Shown one piece after another: positions 1 to 30,500 of a stretch of 32,000 nt of DNA. Below the pieces are notes generated by a model. That model saw only the letters and a list, made by a program, of their open reading frames with translations. It did not search any database and was not told where the DNA came from. Position 1 is the stretch's first letter; each line of letters opens with the position of its first letter. Made by a program: the position numbers and the translations under genes. Location of the stretch: the NCBI RefSeq assembly GCF_000009045.1, contig NC_000964.3:1800001-1832000 (forward strand), in the 5' to 3' direction. This DNA is from Bacillus subtilis subsp. subtilis str. 168 (lineage in GTDB: Bacteria; Bacillota; Bacilli; Bacillales; Bacillaceae).

Positions 1-2
1 TC

Positions 3-21537
<21,535 letters not shown>

Positions 21538-21538
21538 G

Positions 21539-21545
21539 AGAGGAG
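21539..21545 (+). promoter_or_regulatory. Shine-Dalgarno sequence for pksM (AGAGGAG)
   Basis: AGAGGAG in the 15-nt gap between the pksL stop and ATG 21553, 7 nt before the start. Confidence 0.8.
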
Positions 21546-21552
21546 TGGGAAA

Positions 21553-24500
21553 ATGATAACTGAACAACTGCACATTTCATTAAATAATCCAATCATGTCC
21601 AACCACAAGGTATATGGACAAGCGTTATTACCCGGCCTTGCTTATATAGATTTAATCTACCAAGTATTCCAGGAACATGGTTATGCATACCAAGAGCTTG
21701 AATTAAAAAACCTAACCATTTTTTACCCTTTGATCGCAGATGAGTCATATGACATTGCCCTGACCATTCACGTGTCTGAAAGAAAGGAAGGGACATGGTC
21801 CATCATCATCGACGGACAAAAACAGCATGGAGAATCACTATCTGACAAGAGACAATATGTGACTGCTGACATGCATCGTAAAGAGCAAACCGCTTTTGCC
21901 GAATCAATAGACCTTAATCAGTGGAAAAGTACAGCTGACAGGATTCTGAATTTAGATGAAATCTATGAACAATGCCGATCTCAAGAGTTAGTGCATACCG
22001 GCATGATGAAGGCGGAAGGACAGATTTATGAAGCCAAAGAGGGGGCTGTAATTGATTTAGCAGTCGGACAGGAAGCATTGCGTCATTCTGATGCTTTTCT
22101 GTTTCATCCGACGCTTATTGACGGCAGCGGCATAGGTTCAAGCTGCCTGATCTCAGATCAAACGATGTACCTGCCATTGTATTATGAATCGTTTTCTGCT
22201 TCAGAACGATTGCAAAAAGGATGTACAGCACGGATCCTCTCCTCATCTGTGCGCCAAAAGAAAGAACTCACTTATATGACGATTGAATATTTTAATTCAG
22301 CAGGACAAAAAGTGGCCGAGCTGAAACAATTTGCAGGCAAGTCTGTACGGAATATGTCAGCCTTTCATTCTGCAAAAGAAATTCAAGAAGAAAGAGCTGC
22401 TGTCTCTCAGAACATCAGTCGGGACTATCCCGCATTTGAAATGTATTTGCGTCAGCTGCTTGCTAAGCAGCTTGAAAGGCCGGCAGAACAAATGGATATC
22501 CACGCTGGGTACTATGAGCTTGGTCTGGATTCTTCGTCATTGCTTACCGTGGTTCAGGAAATTGGAGATAAGGTTGGGGCGGATCTTGCTCCGACACTGC
22601 TGTTTGAATTTACAACAATTGCAGAACTAGCTGCTCATCTTGCTGATCACTATTCAATTGGAGAGGCGGACGATGCTGTCCGCCAATCTCCTTCACCAAT
22701 TGATGGTGTTACCTCTTCACCAGAGATCGGGGAGGACATAGCCATTATCGGAATGGCGGGACGCTATCCTAAGGCGAAAAATATACAGGAATTTTGGGAA
22801 CAGCTTAAAGCGGGTACCGACTGCATCACAGAGATTCCAAACTCACGCTGGGAATGGAAAGAAAGCGATGGACTGGATTCACCTGCAGGCAAGCCGCTCT
22901 CGAAATGGGGCGGCTTTATCGAGGAGGCTGATTGCTTTGATCCTCAATTTTTCAGAATCTCTCCGCGTGAAGCGGAAATGATGGACCCTCAGGAACGCTT
23001 ATTTTTAGAGACGTGCTGGGAAGCTATTGAAGATGCGGGTTATACACCAGAGACAATTGCTTCACCGCAGGGAGAAAATAAAAGACAGCATGTCGGTGTG
23101 TTTGCCGGCGTTATGCATAAGGACTATTCTCTTATAGGAGCTGAAGCTCTATCAGAACACAATCCATTTCCTTTATCGCTGAATTATGCGCAAATCGCCA
23201 ACAGGGTCTCTTACTATTGTAATTTCCACGGCCCAAGCATGGCGGTGGACACGGTCTGCTCTTCCTCATTAACTGCGGTTCATCTGGCAATAGAGAGCAT
23301 CCGGAATGGAGAATGCGAGGCCGCGCTTGCCGGAGGCGTCAATTTGTCACTGCATCCGGCTAAATATATCAGCTATGGCAGTGTAGGGATGCACTCAAGT
23401 GACGGCTATTGCCATACTTTCGGCAAAGGCGGGGATGGCTACGTATCTGGAGAAGGTGTCGGCACAGTATTGCTAAAACCGCTGCGAAAAGCTGAACAGG
23501 ACGGTGACCGAATCTATGCTGTCATCAAAGGCAGTGCGATAAATCATGTAGGAAAAGTAAGCGGAATTACAGTACCGAGCCCGGTAGCTCAAGCTGATGT
23601 AATCGAAGCATGTCTAGAAAAAACAGGAATTGATCCGCGCACCATCAGCTATGTTGAAGCCCATGGCACTGGCACCTCATTGGGAGATCCGATTGAAGTA
23701 CAGGGGTTAGTAAAAGCTTTCAGCCGCAATACGCAGGACAAGCAATTCTGTTCAATCGGTTCTGTGAAATCAAATATTGGCCATGCTGAAGCTGCAGCCG
23801 GCATTAGCGGCTTAACGAAGACTGTCCTGCAGCTGCATCATAAAACCTTGGTGCCGTCATTACATTCAGAAGAGCTGAATCCTTATTTGAAGCTTGATCA
23901 AACCCCATTTTTTGTCCAGCATGAAACAAAGGAATGGGAGCAGCCATCTTTTACAGAAAACGGGGTGGACGTCACATATCCCCGCCGTGCCGGTTTAAGT
24001 TCGTTTGGCGCTTCAGGATCAAATGCGCATCTTATTTTGGAAGAATATATTCCGGCAGAGAGCCATTCAGAGACGATTTTAACGAAAAATGAAGAAATAG
24101 TGATACCTTTGTCTGCGAGAAACAAAGATCGTCTGCAGGCTTACGCTCTTAAACTTCTTGATTTTCTTAGCGAGGACGTCAATCTTTTAGCGTTAGCTTA
24201 TACCATGCAGGCAGGACGGGTTGAAATGGAGGAGCGTGCGGCCTTCATTGTAAAAGACATAAAAGATTTAACGGCTAAACTTCGGGCGTTTGCCAATGGC
24301 GAAGAAGAGATCGAGGGCTGCTGGACCGGACGAGCCAAGGAGAATCAGGAGGCGGCTGGGCTAGCATCGGTAAATGCGCTGAATAACAATTTGATAAGAG
24401 ACAGTGAAATGATGGAAATGGCGAAAGCATGGGTTCAAGGAAAGCGGGTCACCTGGGACGACCTATACGGCGATCGCAAGCCGCTTAAGATCAGTGTTCC

Positions 24501-27500
24501 GACCTATCCGTTTGCAAGGGAGCGCTACTGGATCTCGGTTCCTGAAATGAAAACCAGCACTGTGAATCATATCTTACATCCGCTGGTGCACCGCAATACA
24601 TCAGACTTTACTGAGCAGCGCTTTAGCTCTGTATTTACAGGCACGGAATTTTTCCTGTCAGATCATGTTGTACAGGGACAGAAAATTTTGCCGGGCGTTG
24701 CCTATTTAGAAATGGCAAGGGAAGCAGCGGAAAAAGCTGCAGGCGATCTGGACGGCGAACAAAGAGTGGTGTCGCTTAAAGACATTGTGTGGGTGCGTCC
24801 TATCACGATAGAAAGTGAACCAAAAGAAATACATATTGGCCTTTTTCCTGAGGATAACGGGGACATTTCCTTTGATATTTATAGCAGCTCTGAACATAAA
24901 GAAGAAGCCCTGACGATACACTGCCAAGGTCGCGCTGTCATTTCAGATGAAGCGGAGACTTCCATTTTAAACCTTTCATCAATACAGACAGAATGCAGCC
25001 TGGACACAGTGACGTCAGAACAATGCTATGCAGCGTTTCGAAAGATTGGGCTTGACTATGGCGAGGGCTATCAAGGGATTGAAAAAGTCTATGTCGGCAA
25101 AGATCAATTGCTTGCAAAAATCTCGTTACCCGCTTTTCTAAAAAACGACAAGCAGCATTTTGCGCTCCACCCGAGTTTGATGGATTCCGCGTTCCATGCC
25201 ACAGTCGGTTTTATCGTTAGCTCAGTCAATGCCGCTGGACAAGCTCAGACGCTGTCTCTTCCATTTGCGTTACAGGAGGTTGATATTTTCAGCCCATGTC
25301 CAGAGAAGATATGGTCTTATATTCGATACAGTTCAGACAGTAAAGCGGAGAACAAAGTCAGAAAGTATGACATTGATTTATGTGATGAGAACGGACGTGT
25401 TTGTGTGCGAATGAAGGGTGCCTCGATGCGGGCACTTGATGGAGAGCAGCATTCAAAGCCGCAACTATTAACTGATTCTCAGCTGACCGGGCATACGGTG
25501 ATGATCCCCGTCTGGGAACCAGTCTCTCTAGAAGCGGAGGATAATGCTTCGTTTGCTGGTAAAAGAGCTGTTTTATGCGGAGCTGCTGAAGCTGATCGGA
25601 CTTTCATAAAGCATCATTATCCGCAAATTTCCTTTGTCGATATCCGCCCTGCAGATGACATTGAGGCAATAGCGGACAAACTGCAAGCGTACGGAAGCAT
25701 TGACCATGTATTGTGGATTGCCCCGTCACACCGGGGAAGTATAGGTAGTGATGGACAAGAAGAAGCTGTTCTTCACTTATTTAAGCTTGTGAAAGCATGC
25801 CTGCAATTAGGCTATGGCGAGAAACAACTTGAATGGTCTCTTGTGACCGTCCAAGCGCAGCCGGTTACGCAACATGAGGCAGTACAACCCGCTCATGCAA
25901 GCATTCATGGGCTTGCCGGCACAATGGCAAAGGAATATCCACACTGGAAAATCCGTCTTCTCGATCTTGAAAAAGGCTGCACATGGCCGGTAAATCACAT
26001 GTTTGCGCTCCCAGCTGACCGCCTTGGCCATGCTTGGGCCTATCGTAATCAGCAATGGCATCAGCAGCAATTGATCCCATATCGGTCCTCACTGTCAGGC
26101 GACACGCTATATCGGAAAGGCGGAGTCTATGTGGTCATCGGAGGAGCCGGGTATATCGGAGAGGCGTGGAGTGAGTACATGATCCGCCGCTACCAGGCGC
26201 AAATCGTTTGGATTGGGCGAAGTCAACTTAATGCTGCCATCCAGTCAAAAATAGACCGACTTTCGGCGCTTGGCCCTGAGCCTTTCTACATTGCAGCCGA
26301 TGCAGCCGATAAGCATTCACTGCAGCAGGCTTATGAACAAGTGAAAAAACGTCATCCTCATATTCACGGGATTGTTCACTCTGCGATGGTTTTATTTGAG
26401 CAAAGCCTGGAAAAAATGAAGCCGGAAGAATTCACCGCTGGACTGGCGGCGAAGATCGATGTCAGTATTCGGATGGCCCAAGTGTTCCGCCAGGAGAATG
26501 TAGATTTTGTTTTATTCTTCTCTTCGCTTGTAGCCCATATCAAAAATGTGAAGCAAAGCCATTATGCCTCTGGCTGTACATTTGCAGATGCTTTTGCTCA
26601 CCAGCTTTCTCAGAGCTGGGCATGCCCTGTAAAAGTCATGAACTGGGGATATTGGGGGAATAGTGAAGCGGCTGAGGATGAACATTATGTACAGCTCATG
26701 AATCAAATCGGCTTAGGTTTAATTGAGCCCGCGGAGGCTATGAAGGCGCTGGAAGCACTGCTTTCTGGGCCAGTCAGCCAAACAGCTTTCATTCATACGA
26801 CAAAGCCTGTAGCAGTCGAAGGCGTGAATCAGAATGAATTCATCACTCTTTATCCAGAGCAACCTTCAGCAGATGCAGAGAGCCTGATGGAGCGTCTGCC
26901 GACTACGGGACGATTTCAAAGAGTGACACATGAAGAGCTTGATGATCTTCTTTACAGGCTGTTGTTAGGACAGCTGCAAACAGCCGAGCTGTTTGATGGT
27001 TATACATTATCGGTTGAACGTCTTCAACAATATAAGACTCGTGAATTTTATGGAAAATGGATTCGGCAAAGCAGCGAATTTCTCTTGCAGCATGGCTATC
27101 TTAAGAAAGTTGGAGATTCATTGGTGAGGAAGGACCAAGCAGAGGATATCGAGCTGCTTTGGCTAGAATGGAACGCGAAAAAAGAAAAGTGGCTTAAAGA
27201 CAGCGAGACAAAGGCGATGGTTGTATTAGCAGAGGCCATGCTGCAAGCATTACCGGATATTTTGACAGGGAAAGTCCCTGCAACAGATATCATGTTCCCG
27301 CATTCCTCGATGGAACTGGTGGAAGGCATTTATAAGCATAACCAAGTGGCAGACTATTTTAATAAAGTGCTTGCCGATACATTATTAGCTTATCTGGATG
27401 AACGTCTGAAGCACGACCCTGAGGCATCGATTCGCATTATGGAAATAGGCGCAGGCACAGGCGGCACGAGTGCCGGAATCTTTGAAAAACTGAAACCATA

Positions 27501-30500
27501 TCAAAAGCACATCAATGAATATTGCTATACAGATCTGTCTAAAGCATTTTTGCTGCATGCAGAAAAGGAATATGGGGCGGAAAATCCGTACCTGACATAT
27601 CAGCTTTTTGATGTGGAAAAACCGATTGATCAGCAGGAATTTGAAGCGGGAGGCTATGATGTCGTCATTGCCGCTAATGTCCTTCACGCAACAAAAAATA
27701 TCCGTCAAACACTGCGGCATACAAAAGCGGTAATGAAAAACAACGGAATGCTGCTGCTGAATGAAATGGCGGGAAACAGCCTGTTCCCTCACATCACCTT
27801 TGGTCTTTTGGAAGGCTGGTGGCTGTATGAAGATCCTGCAGTGCGGATTCCCGGCTGTCCAGGCTTACATCCTGACAGCTGGAAAGCGGCACTTGAAAGC
27901 GAAGGCTTTGAATCTGTCTTTTTCCCGGCCGAGGCGGCACATGATCTGAGTCACCAAATCGTCGCAGCCTCAAGCAACGGGCTGGTTCGACGTATGATGA
28001 AAAATGTGATCTTGCCGGAGAAGGTTGTTTCACAAGCGTCTAATCAGGAGCCAGCCTACATTCATACCATAGATTCAGAGGAAGCTGGACAATCGAAACA
28101 TGCTCTCCTAAGAGAAAAAAGCACAGAATATATGAAAAAACTAATCGGGGAAACGTTGAAAATTCCTGCAGGAAAGATTGAGTCATCTGAACCTCTTGAA
28201 AAGTACGGTATTGATTCTATCGTTGTTGTCCAGCTGACGAATACATTGCGTAAAGAATTTGACCATGTAAGCAGCACTTTATTTTTCGAGTACCAGACCA
28301 TTGACGCATTAGTGGAGCATTTCATCAAAACAAAAACAGAAGCTCTGATGAAATTAACAGGTCTTGACCGTCAAGTTCAACAACATACACCGGCCGAAAG
28401 CAGAACCCAATCTTCACAGAAACCTGATCAGGCCGCTAAAAGAACACGGCGCTTTCGCAAGCTTGGCTTCAGCGGGGAGAAAGAAACACCGACAAACACT
28501 CTTGCAAGCCGTGACGTTGCCGTTATCGGCATTTCTGGACGCTATCCTCAGGCGGAAACAGCAGAAGACTTTTGGAACAACCTAAAAGAAGGAAGAAATT
28601 GTATTGAGGAAATTCCGAAAGATCGCTGGGATTGGAAAGCTTATTACGATAAAGAAAAAGGAAAAGAAGGATCAATTTATACGAAATGGGGCGGATTTAT
28701 CAAGGATATGGACAAGTTTGACCCATTATTCTTTCAGATTTCTCCGCTTGAGGCAGAAAGAATGGACCCTCAGGAGCGATTATTTCTGCAAACCGCTTAT
28801 GCAAGTATTGAAGACGCGGGATACACGCCTGACTCGCTCTGTTCAAGCAGAAAAATCGGCGTCTTTGCCGGAGTCATGAACAAAAATTATCCGACTGGCT
28901 ACGGCTATTGGTCTATCGCCAACAGAATATCCTATTTACTGAATTTCCAAGGCCCGAGTCTTGCAGTCGATACAGCCTGCTCATCCTCCCTGACAGCGAT
29001 TCATTTAGCGCTGGAAAGCATCTATAGCGGATCGAGTGATTGTGCCATTGCCGGCGGTGTCAATTTAGTTGTCGACCCGGTTCACTATCAGAATTTATCT
29101 GTCATGAATATGCTCTCTGCTAGTGATACATGTAAATCATTCGGCGATGATGCAGATGGATTTGTCGACGGTGAAGGCGTAGGCGCCATTGTGTTAAAGC
29201 CGCTGCAGCAAGCAATAGCGGACGGTGACCATATTTACGGTGTGATAAAGGCAAGTGCCATTAATAGCGGAGGAAAAACAAATGGATACACGGTTCCAAA
29301 TCCTCATGCACAGGCACAGGTGATTAAAGAAGCAATTGAGCGCGCCGACATTCCTGCCCGAACCATCAGTTATTTAGAGGCGCATGGAACAGGCACTGCA
29401 TTAGGAGATCCGATTGAGATAGCGGGGTTAACAAAAGCATTCGAGAAAGATACGCAGGAGAAACAGTTTTGTGCGATCGGCTCCAGCAAATCAAATATCG
29501 GCCATTGTGAAAGTGCAGCCGGAATTGCAGGGCTGACAAAAATACTTTTTCAGTTTAAATATGGCCAAATTGCGCCATCATTGCATGCTCAGCGGTTGAA
29601 TCCGAACATCGAGTTCAGCCATACGCCATTTGTCGTTCAGCAGCAACTTGGTGAATGGAAACGCCCGGTGATTGGCGGGCAAGAGGTGCCTAGGCGCGCT
29701 GGCTTGAGCAGTTTTGGCGCCGGAGGGTCCAATGCCCATATCATCCTGGAAGAATATATTCCAAGAACGGGGGCGCAAACGCCGAAAGACCATCCTCCAG
29801 CGCTGATTGTGCTGTCGGCCAAAAACATGGAACGTTTGCAAGAAAAAGCGGAACAGCTGCTTACAGCCATCAAACAAAAAAGGTACTGCGAAACAGACCT
29901 GATCAGGATCGCCTATACCTTGCAAACAGGCCGTGAAGCAATGGAGGAACGGCTGGCCTTTATAGCGGAATCACTAGAGGATCTTGAGAGAAAGCTGAAC
30001 GATTTTATCGAAAACAAAGCAGACAGCCTGTATCTGGATCGCATCGATGATAACAAAAAAGCGTTAGCAGTCTTATCAGCGGATGAGGATACGGAAAAAA
30101 TCATAGAAGCATGGATGAGCAAAGGGAAATACACGAAACTGCTGGATCTTTGGGTGAAAGGCTTGTCTTTCGACTGGGGCATGCTGTACGGCACCCAAAC
30201 GCCTGTCCGGATCAGTCTTCCGGCATATCCATTTGCAAAAGAACGTTACTGGGCACCAGGCGCGGCAAAGGCCCCGGTGTCTATAGAACAGGATCATGAT
30301 CAGCAAACAGAAGAACCTTTCAAGGTTATGACGTTTCAAGAAGTGTGGAAAGAAGAGCCGGCGACTCTCACATCGAAACGTATCAAAACGCTCATCTGTT
30401 TTCTGACTGAAAGAGAAAAGCAAAACGCATTTGCTTCAGCCCTGAAAAACGTTGATCAAGACACCAAGGTCATTTTTATATCACAGGGCGAAGTGTACAG

